From assembly GCA_964507055.1 (NCBI GenBank), contig CAZDOJ010000001.1, positions 206,793-270,792 on the forward strand: 64,000 bases of DNA. The letters run 5' to 3'. The notes under the pieces are model-generated. The model worked only from the letters and a program-made list of their open reading frames with translations, had not been told where the DNA came from and did no database searches. Both the position numbers and the translations under genes were made by a program. This DNA comes from an uncultured Gammaproteobacteria bacterium. Lineage in GTDB: Bacteria > Patescibacteriota > Microgenomatia > Levybacterales > UBA12049. Shown piece after piece: positions 1 through 9,111 of this stretch (positions are counted from its first letter, which is position 1; the number at the start of each line of letters is the position of its first letter).

Positions 1-482
1 ATTTCAGTAGGTTTCACTGTCACAGATGGATTCTCTACTCCTGCAAGTTTGAGATTGGTTTTATCTGCTAAGCCATTGATATATGCCTGAATTCCTGCTG
101 TTGCCTGGGGATTTGCCTGTGAAGTTGTAATATCAATTTGATATTGTGGTGGATCACTTTCTCTTGTTTGCACTTCAATAATGCCAGCCAGATTACCTTG
201 CTTAATCTTATTTTCAAGTTGCTCTTGTGAAGCTTCTTCAAGTTTTACGTAATGCTGCTGCTTAATTGTTTGTACAATTGGATTATTTTGATCGCTTCCT
301 GATGGGATACCTAGTGCAAGTTGGGGTGTGTTATTTCCAATAAATCCAAAGACACTGATAAAAACTATTGGGAAAAGGAAACCAAATGCAAACGTAGCAG
401 GGTTTCTTGTCTGTGCCAAAAAGAAATACTTCATCATTGTGATGAATGCTCGAAATTGATTTTGTGGTTTATAATTTTTCAT
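1..482 (-). CDS. ABC-2 type transporter permease (partial; C-terminal part lies beyond the window start)
   Basis: Minus-strand frame running off the window edge (not in ORF track because truncated). Hand translation from the ATG at ~480-482: MKNYKPQNQFRAFITMMKYFFLAQTRNPATFAFGFLFPIVFISVFGFIGN..., i.e. a short cytoplasmic N-term then a TM helix. It lies immediately downstream of and co-oriented with the ABC ATPase gene. Confidence 0.55.
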   Translation of the reverse strand, partial: MKNYKPQNQFRAFITMMKYFFLAQTRNPATFAFGFLFPIVFISVFGFIGNNTPQLALGIPSGSDQNNPIVQTIKQQHYVKLEEASQEQLENKIKQGNLAGIIEVQTRESDPPQYQIDITTSQANPQATAGIQAYINGLADKTNLKLAGVENPSVTVKPTE

Positions 483-497
483 AGTAATGCGTCTGAT

Positions 498-1274
498 TTA
501 AGCTTCACGTAACTGCCTTCCGGTTAAATTCAAAAATACATCTTCAAGGTTTGCTGGTTCTGGTTTGACTTCTTTTTTGAACCCAGATTTCAATAAATCT
601 TTAATAAATGAATTTGGGGTTCCGGTTTTCATGATCTTTCCATGATCCATTATCGCCAACCTGTCACAAAGCTGTTCTGCTTCATCCATATAGTGGGTTG
701 TAAGAACGATAGTGACTCCTGACTTATTTACTTTACGTACCATTTCCCAAAGATGGATTCGTGCTTGGGGATCAAGTCCTGTTGTTGGTTCATCGAGGAA
801 GATTACTTTTGGTTTGTTAATTAATGTGGATGCAATTGAGAATCGTTGCTTTTGTCCACCTGAAAGCTGTTTGACATAATTCTTTGCTTTATCTTCGAGT
901 TCTACTTCGCGGAGCATTTCCATAGGATTGATGTGGACATCATACATGGCGGCAAACATATCGAGAAGTTCAACGAGGGTCAGTTCTGGGTAGAATGCAC
1001 TTGATTGGAGCTGAACTCCAATTCTTCTTTTTACTTCCCATGGATGTTCTTTAACATCAATTCCATCGATAAGGACTTCTCCACTCGTTAAGTCTTTGAG
1101 TGTCTCCATGATTTCAAGTGTTGTGGTTTTGCCTGCTCCATTAGGTCCGAGGATTCCGAAGATTTCACCAGGCTTTACTGAAAAACTTATACCATCAACG
1201 GCTGTAAAATTTCCATATCTTTTTATGAGGTCTTTTACAATAATTATGTCTTTCATAATTTTAAATTGTAGCAC
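498..1274 (-). CDS. ABC transporter ATP-binding protein
   Basis: Walker A GPNGAGKTTT, ABC signature LSGGQKQR, Walker B IFLDEPTTGLD, H-loop region; 258 aa. Confidence 0.9.
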   Translation of the reverse strand: MLQFKIMKDIIIVKDLIKRYGNFTAVDGISFSVKPGEIFGILGPNGAGKTTTLEIMETLKDLTSGEVLIDGIDVKEHPWEVKRRIGVQLQSSAFYPELTLVELLDMFAAMYDVHINPMEMLREVELEDKAKNYVKQLSGGQKQRFSIASTLINKPKVIFLDEPTTGLDPQARIHLWEMVRKVNKSGVTIVLTTHYMDEAEQLCDRLAIMDHGKIMKTGTPNSFIKDLLKSGFKKEVKPEPANLEDVFLNLTGRQLREA

Positions 1275-1312
1275 CGGCTTCGGTGTAAAAGTAGTAGTAA
1301 CTTTTAGGAAAG

Positions 1313-1675
1313 TTACATATCTTCAGGCATTGGAGTCATGAGTTGGAAGTAATTTCCATCTGGATCTGCAAATGTCGCTATTGAGCCTTCTTCTCCATTG
1401 TCAGGCTCCTTAATAATATGTGCTCCGATCTTTTTTATTCTTTCAAATTCTTCATTAATCTCTTTTGTTTCAAGATTAAACATAATTCGAGCAGAATCAT
1501 TATTCTTACCATGTACTTCACTGTGAGGACCAATTGTGATGAAGCCACTACCTACTGGAAAAGTCGTATAGCCATCGCCTTCCCAAGCTGGCTTTACATC
1601 AAAAACTTGTTTGTAAAATGCCGCGAGTACTTCAGGTTTCTCAGAAAAAACTAAAATAGAATTAAAATTTAACAT
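1313..1675 (-). CDS. VOC/glyoxalase-bleomycin-resistance family protein
   Basis: Small beta-alpha-beta-beta-beta type sequence (FSEKPEVLAAFYKQVFD...GPHSEVHGKN...ATFADPDGNYFQLM). The track ORF extends to 1765 but overlaps pyrE; the internal Met (MLNFNSILVF) at ~1675 is the likely start. Confidence 0.55.
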   Translation of the reverse strand: MLNFNSILVFSEKPEVLAAFYKQVFDVKPAWEGDGYTTFPVGSGFITIGPHSEVHGKNNDSARIMFNLETKEINEEFERIKKIGAHIIKEPDNGEEGSIATFADPDGNYFQLMTPMPEDM

Positions 1676-1718
1676 AATTTTGATTATATGCTTGCTATTG
1701 TATAAAGTATGTATGAAT

Positions 1719-2357
1719 CTAAGCAAGCAAGGTCTTTTTACTCTCTTCGACAAATTTTTTCCCATGACCTACCGATGTATTCACAAGTATACCTTTTGCA
1801 CATAATGGACAATCTGCTTCATCAAAAGTTTCAGTTTTCAGTTCAGCAAGCCATCTGAGTGGTGCTCCAACTAATTCACTTGTTACTTCTTGCGGGTTCT
1901 TATTTACCATGACACTCACGCCAACGACATTTCCACCGATTGCCTTAACACTTTCAACGACTTTCTTTACTGAGCCGCCGGTGGTTGTGAGATCTTCTAT
2001 AACCAAAACATTTTTGCCTGTTACGAGCCTGTCGTAGCCTCTTGTGAATACTTGGTTTTTGTCTGGAGTTTTTTCCGTATAGATTCCAAGCACTTCTTTC
2101 CCTTTGAGCTTACTCAAGTGATACGCTGTCCACGTTGATAGGATGATTCCTCCAAGTGCTGGAGCTGCGACGACATCTACATCAAGATCTTTGTTTTGTT
2201 CTGCAAAAAGTTCTCCCATTTTCGAAGTTGCCTCGGTGTGGGGATACAAGGCGTCTTTGTTAATATATGTTGCCATATGTCGGCCTGATGTTCCCACAAA
2301 ATGATCGTCTGTGAGGACTGCTTTGGTTTGTTTTAATAGTGCAAGTGCTTCATTCAT
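1719..2357 (-). CDS. pyrE: orotate phosphoribosyltransferase
   Basis: PRTase PRPP-binding motif VLVIEDLTTTGGS; ~210 aa; directly downstream of and overlapping pyrF by 4 nt (operon). Confidence 0.8.
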   Translation of the reverse strand: MNEALALLKQTKAVLTDDHFVGTSGRHMATYINKDALYPHTEATSKMGELFAEQNKDLDVDVVAAPALGGIILSTWTAYHLSKLKGKEVLGIYTEKTPDKNQVFTRGYDRLVTGKNVLVIEDLTTTGGSVKKVVESVKAIGGNVVGVSVMVNKNPQEVTSELVGAPLRWLAELKTETFDEADCPLCAKGILVNTSVGHGKKFVEESKKTLLA

Positions 2358-3208
2358 AGTCTATATTTATTTATCTCATCTCTTAGTTTTTGCGTTTCTT
2401 CGCGTGCTTTCTCTGCAAAGTCATTGCTGTCTGATGCAAAGATAATACCTCTTGAAGAATTAATAAGAAGTCCAGCAAATTCTGCATTGAGACCAGCTGC
2501 GACAAATGACTCGATATCTCCACCTTGGGCTCCAACACCCGGAACAAGAAATGTCATATTCCCTACTATCTCACGGATTCTTGTCAATTGTCCGGGGTAT
2601 GTTGCTCCCATAAACATCATTGCATTGGGATTCTTTCCGTGTTGCTTGACGAGCTCTTCGGCGACTACTTCATAAAGAGGCAAGCCATCCTCCATGATGA
2701 GTTCCTGAAATTCTTTTGCACCAGCGTTTGAGGAATGGCAACCTATAATAACGCCCTTCCCTTCACGTTCAAAAAAGGCATCAAGTGACTCAATACCCAT
2801 GTATGGCATAACAGTTATTGCGTCTGCACCGAAATAATCAAAAACGAGTTTTGCATATCCTTCATTGGTGTGTCCTATATCCCCTCTTTTGGCATCAATG
2901 ATAATTGGGATTTCTGGATATGTTCCATGAATGTATTCACAAGTCATTTTGAGTTCTCGTATCCCGACATCACCCCGAGCTTCATAAAAAGCAGGATTTG
3001 GCTTATATACCGCAACAAGATCATGTGTTGCATCAATTATAGCTTTATTAAATTCAAACTGAGGATTATCGAGTTTTTTAATATGCGCAGGAAGCTTATC
3101 GACATCTGAATCGAGTCCGACACACACAAGAGAATTATTTTGTTTTATCAGGTTAGTGAGTTTTGTGTGAAAATCCATAAATTGGAGCGATAACTCTTGC
3201 TTTTGCAA
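2354..3208 (-). CDS. pyrF: orotidine 5'-phosphate decarboxylase (long/type-2 form)
   Basis: OMPdecase motifs VCVGLDSD and IIIDAKRGDIGHT (Asp-Lys-x-x-Asp); 284 aa. Confidence 0.8.
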   Translation of the reverse strand: MQKQELSLQFMDFHTKLTNLIKQNNSLVCVGLDSDVDKLPAHIKKLDNPQFEFNKAIIDATHDLVAVYKPNPAFYEARGDVGIRELKMTCEYIHGTYPEIPIIIDAKRGDIGHTNEGYAKLVFDYFGADAITVMPYMGIESLDAFFEREGKGVIIGCHSSNAGAKEFQELIMEDGLPLYEVVAEELVKQHGKNPNAMMFMGATYPGQLTRIREIVGNMTFLVPGVGAQGGDIESFVAAGLNAEFAGLLINSSRGIIFASDSNDFAEKAREETQKLRDEINKYRL

Positions 3209-3260
3209 AAAGTTTCTTACCTACAATACCAAGGAGTTCGTTTCTGGTCAAGATAGAAGT

Positions 3261-4148
3261 TTATAATGTCTTATTAGGACCGTCCGTATCATTTTTTCCC
3301 GCCCAATCAATATCAAGTTTATCAAGATCTACCGGTTCAACTAAATCCGGCACACTATATAAATATCCCATTCCCCAAACTTTTTCGCTATCATTTGTTA
3401 TAGTTGATGATTTACCTGCAAATTCTTCTGTTGTTTGGTTTTCCTGAATTTTTCTAACTTTCTCTGCTGCTGTATCTATCACTTCTGTACTTTGTGGTTG
3501 GTCTTTTTGAATGGCTTCCTCTAATTGGAAATATTCGTTTGTGCGAATTGGAAGTTTTCCATCATTAGCCCCATGCCGTATATCAAAGAATTTTGTACGG
3601 CGTCCTGAGAGCATTGTTCTGAATGTTGCAAAGGCAATTTCATCGATATCTATACCTCTTCCCTCGATACGTCTTTCGTTTGCGATTGCAATTTCCCTTG
3701 CTAATCGTGCGTCTTCTTCTGCAATTAATGTAAGAAGTGGATCTGCTTTCCCTTCATATTTTTCTTGTTCCCTAAAACTCACTAGAGTAACGCCATCCTC
3801 TTGGTCGCTTCTTCCCGTTTTTTCTCTTGCATCCAATTCTCTTTTTCTCTCACTCGTCAGTGCAAATTCTGCCATTCCAGCACCTGATTTGGCAAAATCA
3901 ATTTGATGTGGAACTGCCTCAAATGCGTTGGGTAAAATAATCTTCCCATGAAAAGAATGTCGTTGCATTCCATCCTCATCTCTCGTGTGAAGCTCTAGCC
4001 CTCCTATTGTTCCCTCCGGGAGAATAACAAACTTACCAGGTACTTGTTGTGCTTGTACAGCTGATGCTCCATCTAATCGGCTTTTGAAACCCATAGCATC
4101 ACGTCCTGATTTCACAAATTCTTCAAATTTATTCATAATAGTTGACAA
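3261..4148 (-). CDS. hypothetical protein, paralog 1 of a trio with a conserved C-terminal peptide (...DIDWAGKNDTDGPNKTL)
   Basis: 295-aa ORF with no signal peptide or TM. Shares an internal core with the 5383-6618 product (LP.G..GLEL / ..PHQI....KSG[AS]GMA / R[RK]...RGI.[IV]DE). The acidic Trp-containing tail is shared with both downstream paralogs. Confidence 0.6.
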   Translation of the reverse strand: MSTIMNKFEEFVKSGRDAMGFKSRLDGASAVQAQQVPGKFVILPEGTIGGLELHTRDEDGMQRHSFHGKIILPNAFEAVPHQIDFAKSGAGMAEFALTSERKRELDAREKTGRSDQEDGVTLVSFREQEKYEGKADPLLTLIAEEDARLAREIAIANERRIEGRGIDIDEIAFATFRTMLSGRRTKFFDIRHGANDGKLPIRTNEYFQLEEAIQKDQPQSTEVIDTAAEKVRKIQENQTTEEFAGKSSTITNDSEKVWGMGYLYSVPDLVEPVDLDKLDIDWAGKNDTDGPNKTL

Positions 4149-4232
4149 TTTTATCAGAAATTAAAAAGTATATCAAATTATATCTTTTATCTCTTTGGCT
4201 CAAAGTTGCTGGATTGATCATAATCTCATAGA

Positions 4233-5363
4233 TTATAAAGAAGTACGTGGTCCACTTTCGCTTTCATTTTCTCCCGCCCAATCAACCTGTATTGCCTCTA
4301 TCGGAGCATCCAGGTCTTGGAAGTTTGGCATCTTCTTATTATCATAGAGATCGAGTATTCTCTGTGGTATTTTGTCTACAATCGTTGCTGCGTATTCATA
4401 AACAATTGGTCTTTGTGTCCCATCTGCCCCCGGCATTTTATGGATAGCTGGACACGATCCTTGGGTAAATACTGTTGTTTCTAAGGTCTTTCGTTGTTCG
4501 TCAAGTGGTTTTCCTTCTAATTCGATTGGATGTTGCTCCGCAAAATCATGGAGATGCGTACGCATAAGCTGGAATCCTACTCCATCACGATCTAAGAATT
4601 CATGTCTTACAGCTGCGGGAATGTCTTCTCCTGTCTCTGCAGCCTCTGTCACTACTTCTTGGAGAAACTTTCGGAAAGTTCCTATCCCAGTTGCAGCAAA
4701 GTACGTTCGTGTAAGAGATTTATGGGCTATAAAACCATGATTATCAAATGCTGCAAGGTTGCCAATTACATTAACCTGACTTTGAGGGAATGTATATGAT
4801 GTTTCTTCTAACGCACTTGCTAAGATCTCTTGTGTGTTCTCAAAATATCCATCGAGTGAATATATTTCATCATCAGGTATATCCGTGAGAGCCGTTGCTA
4901 CCTGCGGGAGTGCTCTTTCCATTTTCTCAGCATGAATTTTTCTATATGTTCCTCGAAACAGAGGATGGTGTATAAATAATGCTGCAAGTGTTGTTGTCCG
5001 TATATTGCTTTGGCGATAATGTTCTTGCCTCATGTCAAATCGGTCTCCATCTGATCTATATTTTGATTCTTCTGCACGAAGTTCTAAGCCATGATCTAAT
5101 AGCTCAGTTGCTGCTGCAAAAAAAAGGTCTTGTTCTGAATGCGAATCTTGTTCCTGGCTCGTAGATGGGTCTTTCCGATATTTTCCCTCGAGTCCTTTAA
5201 AGAATTGTAAGTCGTCTTTGTGTATCGTATCGAATTTGGGTGCATATCTCTTATACTCCTTGGGTAATAACACATGACCAAATCGTGGAATTGGTTCAGA
5301 TTTCACTGTATTAATCTTTTTCGCTGTTGGTGTTATTGGTTGTTCACTTTCAAAAAGTCTCAT
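4233..5363 (-). CDS. hypothetical protein, member 2 of the trio (C-terminus ...IQVDWAGENESESGPRTSL)
   Basis: Track ORF 4233-5405. The first 14 codons are the reverse reading of the upstream gene's tail, so the internal Met (MRLFESEQPITP) at ~5363 is preferred. The body is unrelated to the neighbours, but the last ~18 aa are conserved and the last 29 nt are identical to the 3' end of gene 5383-6618. Confidence 0.55.
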   Translation of the reverse strand: MRLFESEQPITPTAKKINTVKSEPIPRFGHVLLPKEYKRYAPKFDTIHKDDLQFFKGLEGKYRKDPSTSQEQDSHSEQDLFFAAATELLDHGLELRAEESKYRSDGDRFDMRQEHYRQSNIRTTTLAALFIHHPLFRGTYRKIHAEKMERALPQVATALTDIPDDEIYSLDGYFENTQEILASALEETSYTFPQSQVNVIGNLAAFDNHGFIAHKSLTRTYFAATGIGTFRKFLQEVVTEAAETGEDIPAAVRHEFLDRDGVGFQLMRTHLHDFAEQHPIELEGKPLDEQRKTLETTVFTQGSCPAIHKMPGADGTQRPIVYEYAATIVDKIPQRILDLYDNKKMPNFQDLDAPIEAIQVDWAGENESESGPRTSL

Positions 5364-5382
5364 ACTATCTCCTTTTAAACAT

Positions 5383-6618
5383 TTATAAAGAAGTACGTGG
5401 TCCACTTTCGCCTTCGTCCTCTCCAGACCAATCTATATCTGCTGAGAAAAGTGTGTCAGATAGTGCATCAGGTAATTGATACTGATCCGTTTCTGGCTTT
5501 TGGAATGCTTCCGAGCTGTCTCCAGGAGCACTGGCGTGTGGTGAGTTCGATCGTTCAGAACGTCGTGAACTCTTTCCCTCCACCTGTATCCCAAGTCCAC
5601 CCGGGAGTATTATGCTAATACCGTTGTCTGTAACATCGATATTTGGTACATATCCAGTATTTTCCGGCATGGGTCTTGGTTGATGATTTCCCCACCGTCT
5701 TGTACGTGTTGTATGTCCTTCAGATTGTTCAATATCAAATGCAGGTTCTTCTCCTGTGGCATTTATCCTTGCAGTAGCAATACCTTTAGAAAATTCTTCT
5801 AATACCTTTGCATGATCTTCTTTTGTAGTAACATATACTTCTTCAAGATCGTCAGTGTAAACAGGTAAATCTCCACCTCGACGTAAATCAACTATTCGTT
5901 TTCGTTCTCCTTGGATACCTATTACAAGATAAACTTTTGATACTTCATCAACTCTGATTCCTCTCGCTTCAAATTTCTTCTTATGAGGAGCTAATAGTCG
6001 TTGTGCTTCATATCGTTCATTCTTTTCGACAGTATCTTTATATAGGGGCTGTTTTTCTTCTAAGTTGTCGAATGCATCTCGATTTATTACTCCACCACCT
6101 ACAAAGCCTGGTGTTCCTTCAATTCTTGTAAACATTCCTAATCTTCCATAAAGTCGACTTATATTTAGCTCTGCTTCACGTAAGTGTGGATTAGATGGCA
6201 CAAGCAGTGCCATTCCAGAACCCGATTTATCCATAGAACTTATTTGATGCGGACTAACTTCAATTTCTCTGGGAAGTGTAATGATATTTGTTAGAGGTTG
6301 CGTTCTCTGTCCAGGATATTCGAGTAACAATCCAACACGAGTTTGAGGTGGAAGTAACAAGTACCGACCTTGTCTCCCTGCCCGTTGGACAGATGTTGCG
6401 TCAATTAAGCTTGGATTGGTACTTTCATGAAAGCTTCTTAAAGCTCGCTCAGCAAAATTTTGTCCGTTGGTTGGTTTTGGATTTGGTGCTCGATACTTCC
6501 CATACCTTGTGTACCAAGTGTGATCAACGGCTCCAACTGCTATAAATTCCGGAGCATGCTTCTCCATGAACCCTTCATGAATATCGGGAGCTTGTCTATC
6601 TATTTCTCGTCTTGCCAT
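5383..6618 (-). CDS. hypothetical protein, paralog 3 of the trio (C-terminus ...DIDWSGEDEGESGPRTSL)
   Basis: 411-aa ORF. Central region is homologous to the 3261-4148 product. A long S/E/P/R-rich low-complexity linker precedes the conserved C-terminal peptide. Confidence 0.6.
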   Translation of the reverse strand: MARREIDRQAPDIHEGFMEKHAPEFIAVGAVDHTWYTRYGKYRAPNPKPTNGQNFAERALRSFHESTNPSLIDATSVQRAGRQGRYLLLPPQTRVGLLLEYPGQRTQPLTNIITLPREIEVSPHQISSMDKSGSGMALLVPSNPHLREAELNISRLYGRLGMFTRIEGTPGFVGGGVINRDAFDNLEEKQPLYKDTVEKNERYEAQRLLAPHKKKFEARGIRVDEVSKVYLVIGIQGERKRIVDLRRGGDLPVYTDDLEEVYVTTKEDHAKVLEEFSKGIATARINATGEEPAFDIEQSEGHTTRTRRWGNHQPRPMPENTGYVPNIDVTDNGISIILPGGLGIQVEGKSSRRSERSNSPHASAPGDSSEAFQKPETDQYQLPDALSDTLFSADIDWSGEDEGESGPRTSL

Positions 6619-6667
6619 AATGGGGCATTATAACAAATAAATAGAGGCAGGACAAACTTATGGGACG

Positions 6668-7732
6668 TTACTTTTGGGATTTAATTTCCTGTGCCATCAA
6701 TGGGTTCCACATAGCACCGGTTGCAGACATGACTGCATCAGCACCAGATTTGCGGAATTGTTCATAATCATCAACCGTTGTTACTCCTCCAACTCCTATT
6801 AATGCAAAATCTAAATCATTTTCATCTCGAAGACGCTTGAGTCTTTCGATCATTTCGATTCCCGCCCATTTAATGGGAGCTCCACAAACACCACTAATTG
6901 CTCTTCCTGCTCCTGGCAGTGCTTGTTTGCCTTCTTTATCAATAATTTTTGATGGGATAGTATTTATTGCGGAAATACCTTGGATGAGCTTTCCGACTGC
7001 GTCAATAAGGTTGATAAGTTGCTCTTGTTCTTGAAAATATGCAATCTTTATTATTAATGGTGTGTCTCCAATTTCGTCCTTTATTGCTGTAACAACTTGT
7101 TGTGTTCGCTCTAAGTCAAAACAAAGAAGATGTGCAGTGCCTTCATTTGGGCAACTTAGGTTTACCTCAAGTACTTTAGCACCTGTTTCTTTCACTAATC
7201 TTGCAGCGTCTGCAAAGTCTTTAATATATGCTTTGATATTACCATCAGCATTGGTCGTCCCCTGAAAACTTCCAACGACCACTTGTCCAGTCTTTGCATA
7301 TGCTACTGTTTCTTGCAAATCTTTTTGCCAAAAATCAGGATCAAATGAGGGTACGCCGAATGAATTAGTAATTGCCAATGGCTGTTCATAATTATGATCC
7401 GCAACCAATCCCATTGCTCCTTTTTCTGGTGTGAGATCGCCTTCAACTTTGACTGCTAAAACATTTGGCCATGGTGCACACGTATATTTTTGTGTGCGGA
7501 CCGTTTTATACACTGGGATATCAAAACCTTTGTCTAAAGCAGCTTTCACAAATTTTCCATTCACTAATGGACCGGCTGGTATTCCAAATGGTGTAAAGAC
7601 TTTCTGACCCAAAAAATCAAATTGAGGTTTACCTTTTTGCTCGTAAACTTTACCATCGGTAAAAGCTCCAAAAGGTCCTTCATTAAAATTCTCTTCGTAG
7701 GATTTTTCCGGGTCGTAGAAGGGAGTGTTCAT
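6668..7732 (-). CDS. pyrD: dihydroorotate dehydrogenase, class 1-like (catalytic Cys)
   Basis: Active-site motif LEVNLSCPN (Cys base = class 1), FMN-binding C-terminal GGV..VDDYEQF..GA.AV; N-terminal FTPFGIPAGP. 354 aa, so a DPD/PreA-like relative cannot be excluded. Confidence 0.7.
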   Translation of the reverse strand: MNTPFYDPEKSYEENFNEGPFGAFTDGKVYEQKGKPQFDFLGQKVFTPFGIPAGPLVNGKFVKAALDKGFDIPVYKTVRTQKYTCAPWPNVLAVKVEGDLTPEKGAMGLVADHNYEQPLAITNSFGVPSFDPDFWQKDLQETVAYAKTGQVVVGSFQGTTNADGNIKAYIKDFADAARLVKETGAKVLEVNLSCPNEGTAHLLCFDLERTQQVVTAIKDEIGDTPLIIKIAYFQEQEQLINLIDAVGKLIQGISAINTIPSKIIDKEGKQALPGAGRAISGVCGAPIKWAGIEMIERLKRLRDENDLDFALIGVGGVTTVDDYEQFRKSGADAVMSATGAMWNPLMAQEIKSQK

Positions 7733-7797
7733 ATCTTCTGAATGTACAAGGTTTAGCTTTAGTTGTCAATTGCTACGTACCATGTTAAAATTTCCTC

Positions 7798-8058
7798 ATG
7801 GCATCGAAAGAATTTGAGCAGTCACAAGAAATGGTTGCAGTTGTGAGAAAAGAATTAGCTGCATTAAAAGAAGCAATTAAAAAAAGCGAACTCCCTCATG
7901 AAGAAAAGACTGCAATCTTGAATTCTCATGAAGTTATAGAACTCTTTATCGAAAAGAAAGACGATGCAACGCAGCAGGCAGTTGCTTTTGAAAAGGGAAA
8001 AAAGCCGACGCAACCACTTGATGTTACTCCAGGAGATCACACTGTAGTTGAACTCTAA
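7798..8058 (+). CDS. hypothetical small protein (86 aa)
   Basis: Intact ORF in an intergenic position between divergent genes; charged and helical-looking with no recognisable motif. Confidence 0.35.
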   Translation: MASKEFEQSQEMVAVVRKELAALKEAIKKSELPHEEKTAILNSHEVIELFIEKKDDATQQAVAFEKGKKPTQPLDVTPGDHTVVEL

Positions 8059-8110
8059 CGATTCAGTCATTGTTTTCTATTTTTAGAAAATCTATAATAA
8101 AATAAGAAAA

Positions 8111-9091
8111 ATGGCAAATACAGTCCCCTTTTTAGATCTCAAATCAGAAATTATCCAGAAAATTAAGAAAAATGGTGGTTGGGTCAATGCACATGCACAT
8201 TTAGATAGAGCATACACAATTACCCCGGAAAAGTTCAAGCAAGCCAATGCATTACGAGAAGAAAAATGGCAGCTCAATGCCGAACTTCGTAAGACTTCAA
8301 CGGTTAATCAGATTTATGATCGGATGGCCAAAGCAACCGAATTACTTTTGTCGCAAGGAGTTGTCGCCACCGCGTCATTTATCGATGTCGATCCGGATGT
8401 GAAAGACAAAGCAATTAAAGCTGCACAAAAAGTTCGAGAGAAATTCAAAGGCCAAATGGAATATAAGTTCATCAATCAGTCCAGTTATGGAATTCTTACT
8501 AAAGAAACACGTGAATGGTATGAGATTGGAACAGAGTTTGTCGATATCATCGGTGGATTACTTAAATCCGCTCATCCGAAAGAGAATGAATATTTAGATA
8601 TCCTTATGGAATCAGCGAAAAGTAAAAAGAAAATGATTCATATCCATATTGATGAAAATAATATCCCTGAAGAGAAAGAAACAGAATTTGTAGCAAGAAA
8701 AACGATTGAGCATGGATTGGAAGGTAAAGTCATTGGCATTCATGGGATATCAATCAATACACATCCTAAAGAGTATCGTGAAGAAGTCTATGATTTGATG
8801 GTCAAAGCGAAAATCATTATGGTTGCTTGTCCTATTTCATGGGCAAATGCTCGACGAAATGAAACACTCGCACCAATCCATAATGCTGTCACTCCACTTG
8901 ATGAGATGGCTCCTCGTGGCATTCCAGTCGCAGTTGGGATCGATAACCTTTATGACATCTTCATGCCGTTTAATGACGGAAATATATGGAATGATTTACG
9001 TTTACTTATGGAAGCAAATAGATACTATGATATTAATGCAATGGTAGAAGTTGCTACAACCAATGGACGTAGAGCTTTGGGAATAAAGTAG
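8111..9091 (+). CDS. amidohydrolase-superfamily protein, cytosine-deaminase-like
   Basis: N-terminal metal-ligand HxH (VNAHAHLD), mid His (MIHIHIDE), later His (GIHGISINTH) and C-terminal Asp region (VGIDNLYD). Overall order matches CodA-type deaminases. Confidence 0.5.
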   Translation: MANTVPFLDLKSEIIQKIKKNGGWVNAHAHLDRAYTITPEKFKQANALREEKWQLNAELRKTSTVNQIYDRMAKATELLLSQGVVATASFIDVDPDVKDKAIKAAQKVREKFKGQMEYKFINQSSYGILTKETREWYEIGTEFVDIIGGLLKSAHPKENEYLDILMESAKSKKKMIHIHIDENNIPEEKETEFVARKTIEHGLEGKVIGIHGISINTHPKEYREEVYDLMVKAKIIMVACPISWANARRNETLAPIHNAVTPLDEMAPRGIPVAVGIDNLYDIFMPFNDGNIWNDLRLLMEANRYYDINAMVEVATTNGRRALGIK

Positions 9092-9111
9092 AGATTGCTG
9101 TACCGTTTGAT

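Noticed and set aside
3511-3906. 131-aa plus-strand ORF inside trio gene 1, with similar internal antisense ORFs at 4247-4447, 5397-5618 and 6288-6545
   Set aside because: All are antisense to longer ORFs that show paralogy and conserved termini, and all are Ser/Leu-rich artefacts.
5364-5405. Upstream extension of gene 4233-5405 (MDHVLLYKCLKGDS...)
   Set aside because: These codons are the reverse-frame reading of the conserved tail of the neighbouring gene and overlap it by 23 nt. The internal Met at ~5363 removes the overlap.
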